DNA of 64,000 nt from Vulcanimicrobiota bacterium (GTDB lineage: Bacteria > Vulcanimicrobiota > Vulcanimicrobiia > Vulcanimicrobiales > Vulcanimicrobiaceae): NCBI GenBank assembly GCA_963833095.1, contig CAWHWQ010000005.1, positions 64,001 through 128,000 on the forward strand. Reading direction: 5' to 3'. Below are positions 1 to 10,029 of this stretch, in pieces. A program made the position numbers and the translations under genes. The notes below the pieces were generated by a model, which was not told the origin of the DNA, did no database searches, and saw only the letters and a list, made by a program, of their open reading frames with translations. The stretch's first letter is position 1. Each line of letters begins with the position of its first letter.

Positions 1-865
1 CGACGACCGTGACGCACGTGCTCTCGGTGCCGACCAACGCGCGGGCGACGTTGAAGCCGTTCTCGGGCAGTAACTCGTTGAGCGGAAAGCCCGAGACGCG
101 CCGCGGAATGTCTGGGAACCTCTCGCGAATCTTGTCGGCGTATTTATCCCGCAGATCCTTGAAGTTGCGCGTAAATCTCGCCCTTGCGGCCGCCGGCCGC
201 GATGATGTGCTCGAGTTCTTCGTCCGACGTCCGGCCGACGCGCATGCGCAGGCCGTCGTAGGTGACGATATCGAGCTCCTCGACGTTCTCTTCGGTCTTT
301 CCAGCCATCTGCGCGTGCATGCCGCACGAATTGTTGCCGATCATGCCGCCGAACGTATTGCGGTTGTGGGTTGCCGGATCGGGCCCGAAGGTGAGATGCC
401 GTTCCTCGGCCTTGTTGCGCAGATCGTCGTTCACGCAGCCGGGTTGCACGCGCGCGGTCTTCGCTTCCCAATCGATCTCGACGATTCGGTTCATGTATTT
501 GCTGAAGTCCATGACGACCGCCGCGTTGCAGCTTTCGCCCGCCAGGCTCGTGCCGCCGCCGCGCGAAAACACCGGCGCTCCGAATTTGCGGCACGCCGCG
601 AGCGCGCGCTCGACGTCCTCGGCGTCTTTGGGAACAACGAGCCCGATCGGGACCTGCCGGTAGTTCGACGCATCGGTTGCGTACATCGCGCGCGTGCTGG
701 TATCGAACCGAACTTCGCCCCGCACGCTACCGCGTAGCTCGGCTTCCAAGCCCGGCCGCGTCGACGTCGGCGTGGTTGACCGAGCCCGGCCGCTCGGTAC
801 GGTGGGGATGGGCGCCGTTGCGACCGGCGCTGCGTCGCCTCAACGGCTTCGAGAATGCGAATCAT
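1..865 (-). pseudogene. FAD-binding/(Fe-S) oxidoreductase (GlcD/YdiJ-like), 5' part; runs off the window edge; apparent frameshifts
   Basis: Motifs YATDASNY, RGGGTSLAG, FGPDPAT and GGMIGNNSCG in ORF 144..749; continues as IPRRVSG...FNVARALVGTE in another frame below ~150; ATG at 865 with AAGGAAG upstream. Breaks may be sequencing error. Confidence 0.85.
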
Positions 866-876
866 GACGGTCTTCC

Positions 877-2001
877 TTAGAGAGCGTAGCGCTCGGCATC
901 CGCGGCGGCGCAGCTCCAGGCCGATGCCGGGCCGATCCGGATCGGGGGAAAGTTCGACCGTTGACCGGCTCGACGGCGCCGTCGAAAAGCATCCGCTCGA
1001 TCCGATAGTGGTCGAAAAAATACTCGATATGGCGCAGTTGCTTGCAAGCCAGCGCGGCATGCAGATGCAGATGCGGCGCGCAATGGGTCGAGAGCGGGGT
1101 CATCGTGCTTTGGCAAGCCCGTCGACTGCGAGCAAGCCCGAGAATCCGCCGCAACGCGTTGCATCGGCCTGCAGCACGTCCAACATCTGCGCGTCGATCA
1201 TACGCGCGAACTCGTAGAGCCCGTAGCCATACTCGCCGTCGGAGATCTCCATTCCGGGCGGCGAGTGCTCGCGCACGTGACGCGTTCCGGCATAGTCTTC
1301 GCGAAAGACCGGCTCCTCGAACCACGTCACGCGTTGCTCGGCAAGATAGTGTGCCTGACGCGATCGCCTGCTGCAACGCCATATGCGCCGTTGGCATCGA
1401 CAAAAAGCTCGGCGTCGTCGCCGATGGCGCGGCGAGCCGCGGCGGCCACGCGCTCGATATCTGCTTTCGGATCGCGGCCGATCTTCATCTTCACGCGCGG
1501 AATCCCGGCTGCACACCAACCGGCAAGTTGCTCGCAAAGTTGCGTCCTGCGAATACGCAGTAAATCCGCCGCTCCCATAGACCGGCACGCTCTCGCGGAC
1601 CGCCCCCAAGCAGCGCGTAGGTCGGGACTCCAAGGATCTTGCCTTTGAGATCCCACAGCGCAACGTCGACCGCGGAGATCGCCATGGAGGTAATGCCGTC
1701 GCGCCCGAGATTGCGCGTAACTTTCCGTACATGTCGTTCCAACGCGCGCCAATCTGCATCGCGTCTTTGCCCACGACGTTTCACGCAGCAGCGTCTCGAT
1801 GAGCTTCGCGGTGGCGACGTCGGCGTAGGTGAAGCCGATGCCGGTCTGGCCGCCGGCTTGAACCTCGACGTAGACCAAGCGTGGTCGCGTCCCATTCCAG
1901 CGTGCCGTCGGACTCCGGCGTCTCCGTTGGAATTTTGTATGCCTGCACCTCGAGCGCATCGATCCGGGCATTGCGCCGCAGCGATTCCGCCGTCAGGCCA
2001 C
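877..2001 (-). pseudogene. Mandelate racemase/muconate lactonizing (enolase superfamily) enzyme, split by many frameshifts
   Basis: Pieces across several frames: [76 protein letters not shown]. Start approximate. Confidence 0.85.
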
Positions 2002-2003
2002 GT

Positions 2004-3794
2004 TTACTTGCTCCGCGCGGTGCGGAAGGATGCCGGCGAGAACGCTCTTTGATCGATGCCTTGATCACGCCGCCTTCGTCGGGATCGCCCTTTGCGCATC
2101 GCCGAAAAGAGATTGTGCGCTTGTTCGAGGCTGATGTGCGGCGGCAGCTGCGCGATATTCGGATCGACGACTGCGTCGAAGACGACCGGACGGTCCGACG
2201 AAAGCGCGCGATCCCACGCGGGTCCGATATCTTCGGTGTGCTCGACGCGGATGCCGCGCAGGCCGAGCGAGTCCCCATACTGCGCGTAGTTGAACTTCGG
2301 CAGGTCTTGCGACGCTTCGTATTTCGGATTGCCGGACTCGATGCGCATCTCCCAGGTCACTTGGTTGAGATCCGAATTGTTGAGCACGAGGATGATCAAC
2401 CGCGGATCGGACCATGTTTTCCAATATTTTTTAACGGTCAGCAGCTCCGCGCTGCCGTTCATTTGCATCGCGCCGTCGCCGGCGCACGCGATGACGACTC
2501 GGTCGGGATAAGCGAACTTCGCGGCAATGGCATACGGAACCGCCGAGCCCATCGTCGCCAGGCTTCCTGAAAGCGAGGATTTCATGCCGCGCCGCATCTG
2601 AATGTTACGCGCAAACCAATTCGTCGGCGTGCCCGCGTCACCGGTAAGGATCGCGTTCTCGGGAAGCCGCTTGTTCAGTTCCCAAAAGACGAGTTGCGGG
2701 TTGATCAAATCGCCCTTGACGTGGCAGCGCGCATCTTCCTCGGCGCGCCAGCTCGTCTGACCCTTCTCGATTTTCTCGCGCCAAGCGTTGTCGGCTTTCG
2801 GCTTGAGCAGCGGTAAGAGCGCTGCAAGCGTCTCGCGGCTGTCGCCGATCAAATTGACTTCCGTGGGGAACCGTAAGCCGACATTGCGAGGATCGATGTC
2901 GATCTGGACGCCGCGAGCACGGCCCGGCTTTGGCAAGAACTCTGAATACGGATAGCACGTCCCAATCATCAACAGCGTGTCGCATTCGTTCATCATGTCG
3001 TAGCTCGGGCGCGTTCCGAGTAAACCCAGGGTACCGGTCACGTACGGGAGATCGTCCGGAACGACGTATTTGCCGAGCAGCGCTTTTGCGATGCCGGCCC
3101 CCAAACGATCGGCCACGGCGAGGACCTCGTCGGTCGCATTGGCGGCCCCTTGGCCAACCATCATCGCGACGCGCATGCCGGCATTGAGAATATCTGCCGC
3201 TCGCTGCAAATCTCGCTGCGTTGGGACGACGAGCGGCGCGCAGTATCCAACGCTACTGCTCATCATGTTGTGCGCGTGCAGCGGCTCGGGAACCGCCGCC
3301 ATTTCCTGCACGTCCTTCGGCACGATCACGCACGTAACCGCGCGCATACCTTTGGCTGTGCGCACGGCGCGATCGACGACGTGGCGCATCGCCGCCGGGT
3401 TCGAAACCGTGTAGACGTATTCCGTGACGTCTTGCAGCAGAACTTGCAAATCGACTTCTTGCTGGTACGACCCGCCCAACGCCGATGTCGCAGCCTGCCC
3501 GACGATAGCGACCACGGGAACGTGATCCATCTTCGCGTCGTAGAGGCCGTTGAGTAAATGAATCGCTCCCGGACCGGAAGTTGCCAAGCAGATGCCGGCT
3601 TCGCCCGTAAACTTCGCGTGCGCGCACGCCATAAACGCCGCCATCTCTTCGTGGCGAACCTGGATGAATTTGAGCTTGTCGCCGATCCGATCGAAGGCGC
3701 CCATGATTCCGTTGATTCCATCGCCCGGATAACCGTAAATGCGGTAGAAGCCCCAATCGACCAGCCGTTCGAGGAGAAAATCGCTTGTATTCAT
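2004..3794 (-). CDS. Thiamine pyrophosphate-requiring enzyme, pyruvate oxidase/dehydrogenase (PoxB/YdaP-like); probable frameshift near the C-terminus (~2090)
   Basis: YGYPGDGING, VRHEEMAAFMA, TSGPGAIHLLNGLYDA and the GDGAMQM..N TPP motif; the expected tail GDPDEGGVIK lies in a shifted frame. Confidence 0.9.
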   Translation of the reverse strand: MNTSDFLLERLVDWGFYRIYGYPGDGINGIMGAFDRIGDKLKFIQVRHEEMAAFMACAHAKFTGEAGICLATSGPGAIHLLNGLYDAKMDHVPVVAIVGQAATSALGGSYQQEVDLQVLLQDVTEYVYTVSNPAAMRHVVDRAVRTAKGMRAVTCVIVPKDVQEMAAVPEPLHAHNMMSSSVGYCAPLVVPTQRDLQRAADILNAGMRVAMMVGQGAANATDEVLAVADRLGAGIAKALLGKYVVPDDLPYVTGTLGLLGTRPSYDMMNECDTLLMIGTCYPYSEFLPKPGRARGVQIDIDPRNVGLRFPTEVNLIGDSRETLAALLPLLKPKADNAWREKIEKGQTSWRAEEDARCHVKGDLINPQLVFWELNKRLPENAILTGDAGTPTNWFARNIQMRRGMKSSLSGSLATMGSAVPYAIAAKFAYPDRVVIACAGDGAMQMNGSAELLTVKKYWKTWSDPRLIILVLNNSDLNQVTWEMRIESGNPKYEASQDLPKFNYAQYGDSLGLRGIRVEHTEDIGPAWDRALSSDRPVVFDAVVDPNIAQLPPHISLEQAHNLFSAMRKGRSRRRRRDQGIDQRAFSPASFRTARSK

Positions 3795-3810
3795 AGTGGC
3801 CTAAACGTCT

Positions 3811-3834
3811 TACCCGTGCAGGGAGCGCGCAAAC
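3811..3834 (-). promoter_or_regulatory. SigB/SigF-type promoter candidate
   Basis: Minus strand reads GTTT-N15-GGGTA, ending 16 nt before the ATG at 3794. Confidence 0.6.
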
Positions 3835-3890
3835 AAAATGACCTGCGTCAAAGTCGTTCGCACCAGGCGCCCTCTTGACGAATAAACGTT

Positions 3891-4724
3891 TTAACTGAAA
3901 CGGGCCGCGATAATCGCGATGTCGTCTTGGGGTTTTCTTCCGCAAAACTCAAATGCGGCGTGAAGCAAGTCATCCGCATGCACTTGGGCAGCTCGCCCGC
4001 GATTCGCCTCGATTCTCGCCATGATGTCTTCTCGCGGAATAAAATCGCCGTCCGGCGATCGCGCCTCCGTGAGCCCATCCGTACCCAGGATAAGCGTTGC
4101 GGTACCGGGCTGCAGATAGACCGATCGCTGGTGAAAGATCTTTTGAGATTCCTCAAAGACGCCGATGATCGGAGCCGTTGGTTCCAGCGTTATCGGGGGC
4201 TTATCGCTACTCATGAAAATGGCCGGATCGTGCCCGGCGGATGCGTACGTCATGATTTTTCGCTCGGGATCGATGACTCCCAAGAAGACGCTCACGAACG
4301 AATCGCGATCCGCACTATCGAATGCCGCGGTCTCGAGATAGAGCACGTTGAGGCAGCGCAGCGCCTGCGAGGGCGTTAGCCCTGACGAGACGTATGCGCG
4401 AAGGCCATATTTCACAAGCGCTGCCTGGGCCGCTGCTTTCATCCCCTTGCCGGATATGTCGGCGATTGAAATTGCCGCGGAGCCGTTGTTGAACTGATAG
4501 ACGTCGATGAGATCGCCGCCGACCCGTGCCTTGTCATCGGCCAGCACGTAGGCCGTGCCTATATCGATGCCCGGAATGGCCAAAAAGTGTTGTTCGAAGA
4601 GGTGCTCTACGAGAATCCGGGCGGCCGAGTCCGAGGTCAATTCGAGTGAATTAACCTCTCCGGCTATGCTCGAATGCCGCCGATCAGCAAGGCGGCGGTC
4701 TGCGCCCGAAGCTCTACTTTCCAT
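3891..4724 (-). CDS. PP2C/SpoIIE (RsbU-like) serine phosphatase, stand-alone
   Basis: VGGDLID, IADISGKG, YASAGH, TDGLTEAR and QDDIAII motifs. Confidence 0.92.
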   Translation of the reverse strand: MESRASGADRRLADRRHSSIAGEVNSLELTSDSAARILVEHLFEQHFLAIPGIDIGTAYVLADDKARVGGDLIDVYQFNNGSAAISIADISGKGMKAAAQAALVKYGLRAYVSSGLTPSQALRCLNVLYLETAAFDSADRDSFVSVFLGVIDPERKIMTYASAGHDPAIFMSSDKPPITLEPTAPIIGVFEESQKIFHQRSVYLQPGTATLILGTDGLTEARSPDGDFIPREDIMARIEANRGRAAQVHADDLLHAAFEFCGRKPQDDIAIIAARFS

Positions 4725-4863
4725 TCCTGCGCCTATCGTCGCACGCGACCCTCGGCTTTTCTATAGTGAAATGCGGGGATCAACCGGGACAGCGCCTCCC
4801 TGCTGCGATATCCTGCATTCCACGATATCGCGCTTGGCCCGGAAGCTCTACGATTTCAAAGGT

Positions 4864-5727
4864 ATGGACGACACCAAGAAACCGACCCTCTCGAGATTTG
4901 ACTGGCGAGTCGGCGCGGCGCTGATCGCGCTTCACGTGGGGGCGCTGCTAGCGCTGCTTCCGATGTTCTTCGCACCGTCGGCGGTGATCGTCATGTTCGT
5001 CCTGATCTATGCGACGAGCGGCCTCGGCGTCTCGCTCGGGTTTCATCGGCTCCTGACCCATCGCAGTTTGCGCCTCGCGAAGCCCCTCGAATACGCCGTC
5101 GCTTTGCTCGGCACGCTGGCGTTGCAGGGCGGACCAATAAGTTGGGTCGGCACGCATCGAGTTCATCATGCGCACTCCGACCACGAAGGCGATCCGCATA
5201 ACGCGAACCTCGGCTTCTTCTGGTCCCATTTTGAATGGCTGCTGTATTCCAAAGCGCATTCTCGCGAGCACGGCGACGAATATCGCCGATCGGTCACCGA
5301 CTTAAGGGCAGATCCCTACTACGTTTTCCTCGAAAAAAACCAGTTGCAGTTGCAGGCAGTTCTGGCGGTACTTCTGTTCGCGCTCGGAGGATGGTCGTGG
5401 ATCATCTGGGGCATCTTCCTGCGATCCGTCGTCGTCTACCAGATTACGTGGTTGGTCAATAGTGCGAGTCATACGACCGGCTATCGCACCTATCGAACCA
5501 CCGATCGCTCGACCAACTGCTGGTGGCTTGCCATCGTAGGATGGGGTGAGGGATGGCACAACAACCATCACGCCTTCCCGTTCTCCGCGCGCCACGGGCT
5601 GCAATGGTACGAATTCGACCTCACCTGGATAACGATCAGACTTCTAGCGTTCGCGCGCCTCGCCAAGGATATCAAGTTGCCCACACCGGAGATGCGCCGC
5701 CGGCTCCGATTGACCGCGCCGTCTTAA
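4864..5727 (+). CDS. Membrane delta-9 fatty acid desaturase (DesC/OLE1-like)
   Basis: Three His boxes: HRLLTH, HRVHH and GEGWHNNHH. Start moved from 4555 to ATG 4864. Confidence 0.93.
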   Translation: MDDTKKPTLSRFDWRVGAALIALHVGALLALLPMFFAPSAVIVMFVLIYATSGLGVSLGFHRLLTHRSLRLAKPLEYAVALLGTLALQGGPISWVGTHRVHHAHSDHEGDPHNANLGFFWSHFEWLLYSKAHSREHGDEYRRSVTDLRADPYYVFLEKNQLQLQAVLAVLLFALGGWSWIIWGIFLRSVVVYQITWLVNSASHTTGYRTYRTTDRSTNCWWLAIVGWGEGWHNNHHAFPFSARHGLQWYEFDLTWITIRLLAFARLAKDIKLPTPEMRRRLRLTAPS

Positions 5728-5750
5728 AGAACGCGCGCAGAAAGATTCCC

Positions 5751-6560
5751 ATGTCTTCGACTATAGTCTATCTTCCTATCGCCGTGCTTCTCTTTGCATT
5801 GCTCGCGTCCAGCGTCAAAATTCTCCGCGAGTACGAGCGCGCCGTCGTGTTCCGTCTGGGCCGTTTCGACGGCGTGCGGGGTCCGGGCCTCATTCTCATC
5901 GTGCCGTTCGTGCAGCAGGTCGTACGAGTAGATCTGCGCACGGTCGTCATGGAGGTGCCAAGCCAGGACGTGATCTCTCGCGACAACGTCTCCCTGAAGG
6001 TCGACGCCATTCTGTACTTCCGGGTGGTGGACGCAGAGAAAGCGATCATTCAGGTCGAGAACTTCTTTGGCGCAACCAATATGCTCGCGCAAACGACGCT
6101 GCGCTCCGTACTCGGAGAACATGAGCTCGATGAAATGCTGGCCAAGCGCGACGAGCTCAACGCCGACGTGCAGAGCACGCTAGACGTACAAACGGAATCC
6201 TGGGGCATCAAAGTCATCAGCGTCGAGATTCGTGAAGTCACGCTCACCGAGAATATGATCCGCTCGATCGCGAAGCAAGCCGAGGCCGAACGTGACCGGC
6301 GCGCAAAAATCATTCACGCCGATGCTGAGTTTCAGGCCGCGCAGACCCTCCTTAACGCCGCGAAGATTCTTTCAGAAGATCCGGCCGCTATGCAGCTGCG
6401 CTACTTGCAAACCCTCACCGAGGTTGGCGGCGAAAGCAATTCGACGATCATCTTCCCGATGCCGATCGATCTGATCAAGCCTTTTTACGACATCATGGAA
6501 AGCCACGCGACGAGCGATGGAGCGGTCAAGCCGAATGGGGCGCAAGTATCTCTAAAATAA
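5751..6560 (+). CDS. SPFH/band-7 (stomatin/slipin) family membrane protein
   Basis: N-terminal TM, EYERAVVFRLG, AQTTLRSVLG, QAEAERDRRAKII, MQLRYLQTL. Confidence 0.93.
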   Translation: MSSTIVYLPIAVLLFALLASSVKILREYERAVVFRLGRFDGVRGPGLILIVPFVQQVVRVDLRTVVMEVPSQDVISRDNVSLKVDAILYFRVVDAEKAIIQVENFFGATNMLAQTTLRSVLGEHELDEMLAKRDELNADVQSTLDVQTESWGIKVISVEIREVTLTENMIRSIAKQAEAERDRRAKIIHADAEFQAAQTLLNAAKILSEDPAAMQLRYLQTLTEVGGESNSTIIFPMPIDLIKPFYDIMESHATSDGAVKPNGAQVSLK

Positions 6561-6658
6561 AGCTCTGGCATGGGATTGTCGCGGTCGTCGCGCTACTGGT
6601 GATCGTCGGCTTATTGCTGTTGGTCGTGAGTCCCCACGTGGCGAAAATTGCTCGTTGA
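6557..6658 (+). CDS. Possible 33-aa single-pass membrane peptide with a non-canonical ATA start
   Basis: Frame overlapping the SPFH stop reads (I/M)KLWHGIVAVVALLVIVGLLLLVVSPHVAKIAR*. Confidence 0.3.
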   Translation: MKLWHGIVAVVALLVIVGLLLLVVSPHVAKIAR

Positions 6659-6776
6659 ACGCGCCGAAGCGAGGCGAAGGCCGCGCGGCACCAATAGCGG
6701 CTGCCTTTAGCAACCCTGCAACTCCCGCGCCGGCGGCGGAAGGACATCACCGGGCCCTCTCGTCTACCGATATCTA

Positions 6777-8078
6777 ATGAAGCGCCCTCTGGGCGCGGGA
6801 GGGCAAAAAATGCCGCTTTGGCTGATTCCGGTACCGTACTTTCTGTTCGGCATCATTGCCGGCGTGTTGTTTCCCCGGATCGAGCAGGCGTACTTCCCCT
6901 ACTTCGGCCACGTGGTGTCCATTGGATCGGCGCAAGCCTATCTCTCGGCCGTCGCCTCCGGGATGATCACGCTGACCTCTATCGTGTTTTCGGTCATGTT
7001 CGTGATGATGCAATTAATGTTCACGGCGTACTCAAAACGCCTCGTGATGATTTTCGCCGCACATCCAATCGGGTTGCACGTGCTGGGTGTGTTCAGCGCA
7101 ACGTTTCTATGCGCCCTTGGGGTGCTTCAATTCGTCGATCGAGATCACGGCGGCAATGTTCCGTGGCTGTCGATGGAAGTTGCAACCGCGCTCCTCGTCT
7201 TGAGCATGATTATGCTGGCGTTGCTCATTCAGCGCGTCGGAGTGCTACGAATCACGTACGTTCTGCAGTTCATCGGCAACAAGGGTCGTGCCGTCATCGT
7301 GCAGACCCTGCCTCGCCTGGAGGGTCATAACGCCGCCGGACTCGTGGCGCTGCGGCAAAAATCCGATGCACTCAGGGCGCAGAAACCAACGCAAACCCTT
7401 ACCTACGACGGCATCCCGCTAGCGATCGCAAACTTCCGCGTCGATGCGCTCGTGCGCCTCGGCCAACAAGCGGGCGGCACGATTGTGATGCGCTGCGCGG
7501 TAGGCGACACCGTCGCGCAGGGAACGCGGCTGCTCGAGGTTTACGGTGCTACCACGCAGATACCGGAACGGCTGCTCGCAAACGGCATCGTCTTATCCCC
7601 GGAGCGAACCTTTGAACAAGATCCCAAGTACCCGCTTCGGCTCCTGGTTGACACGGCCATCATGGCCCTTTCACCGGCTGTGAACGATCCGACCACCGCC
7701 GTTCAAGCGATCGACCAGATCGAAGACTTGCTGAATCGGCTCGGGCGCCGGGCGTTGGACGCCGGCTTCATCACGGACGCACAGGGCGAATTGCGACTCG
7801 TTTTTCCCATGCCGACGTGGGACGAGTATCTCGCTCTCGCATTCGACGAGATCCGCCTCTACGGCGCCGATACGATCCAGGTGTTCCGGCGCTTGCGGGC
7901 CGCACTAGCCGACCTCGCCGGCTCGCTCACCGAGCCCAGCCGAATCGAAACGGTGCGAAAATACGCCGATCATTTGAGCGCGATGGTCGCGCGATCAAAT
8001 TTAGACTCAGTGGACCGCGCATTCGCGATGGAGGCCGATCCCCAAGGCCTTGGGCACACCCGGCCGCAGAGCGTCTAA
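6777..8078 (+). CDS. DUF2254-family membrane protein
   Basis: Four TM segments, then ERTFEQDPKY, ALSPAVNDPTTAVQAIDQ and AFDEIRLYG. Alternative start at 6810. Confidence 0.85.
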   Translation: MKRPLGAGGQKMPLWLIPVPYFLFGIIAGVLFPRIEQAYFPYFGHVVSIGSAQAYLSAVASGMITLTSIVFSVMFVMMQLMFTAYSKRLVMIFAAHPIGLHVLGVFSATFLCALGVLQFVDRDHGGNVPWLSMEVATALLVLSMIMLALLIQRVGVLRITYVLQFIGNKGRAVIVQTLPRLEGHNAAGLVALRQKSDALRAQKPTQTLTYDGIPLAIANFRVDALVRLGQQAGGTIVMRCAVGDTVAQGTRLLEVYGATTQIPERLLANGIVLSPERTFEQDPKYPLRLLVDTAIMALSPAVNDPTTAVQAIDQIEDLLNRLGRRALDAGFITDAQGELRLVFPMPTWDEYLALAFDEIRLYGADTIQVFRRLRAALADLAGSLTEPSRIETVRKYADHLSAMVARSNLDSVDRAFAMEADPQGLGHTRPQSV

Positions 8079-8899
8079 ACTTCGTTCACGCCATAGATGA
8101 GCGCTGTCTTGGTTGAGCCGGCGAAGAGGTGATCGGCCAGCGGCTTCTGCAGCGCCTTGAAAAACTCGTCCGCCACTTTGTGCGCCTTCTTCTGCTTGCT
8201 GCCGTCGCCTTGCATGTGGTACGACCATCCGAATTCAGCGACGAGGACGTCGAACTTGTCGGTGGCAGGTCGCGTCCAGAGCGCAAGGTCAGCGTGCGCC
8301 GAGGTGTTCTTCCCAAAGTTGTAAATGCCCAGACGCGCCCCTATTTCAAGCACGCGCGCGTTGTTCACCGCCGACACCGTCTTCGTTGTGTCGAGATTGA
8401 GGGTCTTCAGACCCGGAAAGATCTCAACGATCTCCGAGAGCGGGTGCTCGAATTTGGCCACTGGGTAGTAGCCGATCAAGTTGTTGGAAAAAATGCTCTT
8501 GATCGTCCCTAGCGTGTCGCCGCGGATAATCTCTTCTTTGAACTTCTTCTTTATCGTGATTTCCTTCATCGTGGAATTGATGTTGAAGTCCGCGGCTTCG
8601 TCAAATTCAGGCGAGCGCCGCTTGAAGGTCACTTCATATGTCTCATCCGGGAACCCGCTCGACGCATCACGCCGCAACCGTAAGATGACGCGGTTTTCGC
8701 GGAAGACGCATTCCGGCGTATCAAAAAACTGCACCTGACGCATCTCCGAATCGACGCGATCGAACGGCTCGTAGACGACGCCGGCGTCCTTGGAAAGCTT
8801 CGTCAGCTTATCGTTAAACTGGAGAACCGCCTGTTTGGTCAGAAACAGCTCCGGTTTGAGCAACAATTTAAATTCGCGAGCGGTAATTGCGGTAGCCAT
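8075..8899 (-). CDS. CYTH/triphosphate-tunnel-like hypothetical protein
   Basis: N-terminal REFKLLL, QFFDT, ILRLR, VTFKRR and KFKEEI pattern; AGGAG RBS. Confidence 0.55.
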   Translation of the reverse strand: MATAITAREFKLLLKPELFLTKQAVLQFNDKLTKLSKDAGVVYEPFDRVDSEMRQVQFFDTPECVFRENRVILRLRRDASSGFPDETYEVTFKRRSPEFDEAADFNINSTMKEITIKKKFKEEIIRGDTLGTIKSIFSNNLIGYYPVAKFEHPLSEIVEIFPGLKTLNLDTTKTVSAVNNARVLEIGARLGIYNFGKNTSAHADLALWTRPATDKFDVLVAEFGWSYHMQGDGSKQKKAHKVADEFFKALQKPLADHLFAGSTKTALIYGVNEV

Positions 8900-8909
8900 G
8901 GAAGCTCCT

Positions 8910-9438
8910 CTATCGCAGAGCGATAACGCCGACGACTGCGCCGCCGAGAATCAGCAGCGCCGGATTGATTTTCGTTTTCAGCGTCGAGGCAAAAATTGCG
9001 AGCATGATCAGCACGTGTGATCCAGTTCGTGAACGACGCCTTTGCCGAACGAAATCGTACCGGCGACGGCTAGACCAATCGCCACCGGCGCGAGCCCTTT
9101 TTGAATCGACGCTCTCCACGGCCAATGCTCGAGCTTCGTCCAAAGGCGTCCGACGCCGAACGTCAGGAAGCCGGTGGGAACGAAGAACGCAAGTGCGGCG
9201 ACAGCGCGCCGGGGATTCCACTGACCTGCTCGCCGACGGCTGCGACCATCATCATGTTCGGCCCGGGCGCCATTTGACCGACGCGAATAGATGTGGATGA
9301 GCTGCTCGGGCGTCAGCCAGTGATGCACGTCTGACGGTCGAGCGATTTGCAGTCTCCGGATATGCAGCCATACCGCCGCCGATCGTCAGCAGCGAGAGGT
9401 AGCTGAAGACCTTGCGCTAGCGCAGGGAGCTGATCCAC
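8910..9438 (-). pseudogene. Short-chain chromate transporter (ChrA family) subunit 2, frameshifted
   Basis: LLTIGGG, HHWLT, GQMAPGPN, GLAPVAIGL and KINPALLILGGA spread over frames; GTG 9438 with GAGGAG RBS. Confidence 0.85.
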
Positions 9439-10029
9439 TCTTGCAACTCCTCTTTCTTATTCTCGACGGGTCGGTCCTTGTGCGGACGGTTGGCGAAAAT
9501 CGCCAGCGCTCCGACGCCGAGCAGCACTTCCGGTACTGAAAACTTAAAATGGTTGATCCCCAAGACCGCCAGCAAGAATGAAAAACGCATCGTAGAATCC
9601 CTTGACCGTTTTCTTCCCGATCTGATACCACGTCGCCGCGATCAGACCCACGGCGGCGGCAGCGACGCCCTTGAGCGCCGCGGTTACGATCGGCCGATCG
9701 TGGCCCTGACTGTACAGCATTCCCGCGATGGTCATAAAGATGAAGCCGGGCAGACACATGCCGATCATCGCAGCGATGCTGCCGACGGTTCCGCGAACGC
9801 GATCGCCCGCGAGGATCGACATGTTGGTCGCGTTGAGGCCGGGTAGCGTGTTGCTGATCGACATCAGTTCGAGAAAGGCGACGTCGTCCAGCCACTTCTT
9901 CTTCGTCACGAGCGCGTTGCGCAAATACGCGACGACGCCGCCGCCAAAGCTGGTAGCGCCGATGATCAGGAACGTAACGAAGATATCCGCCGGCGATACC
10001 TTTTTGCTTGGCGCTGCCGGTGTCGTCAC
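9417..10029 (-). CDS. Short-chain chromate transporter (ChrA family) subunit 1; frameshift near 9570
   Basis: GATSFGGG, KKKWL, TLPGLNATN and ALKGVAAAAVGL; tail continues in another frame to the stop at 9417. Confidence 0.87.

Noticed and set aside
4805..4831. Inverted repeat GCGATATC-N11-GATATCGC upstream of the desaturase
   Set aside because: It is built on a self-palindromic hexamer common in this DNA, with no second copy or candidate regulator.
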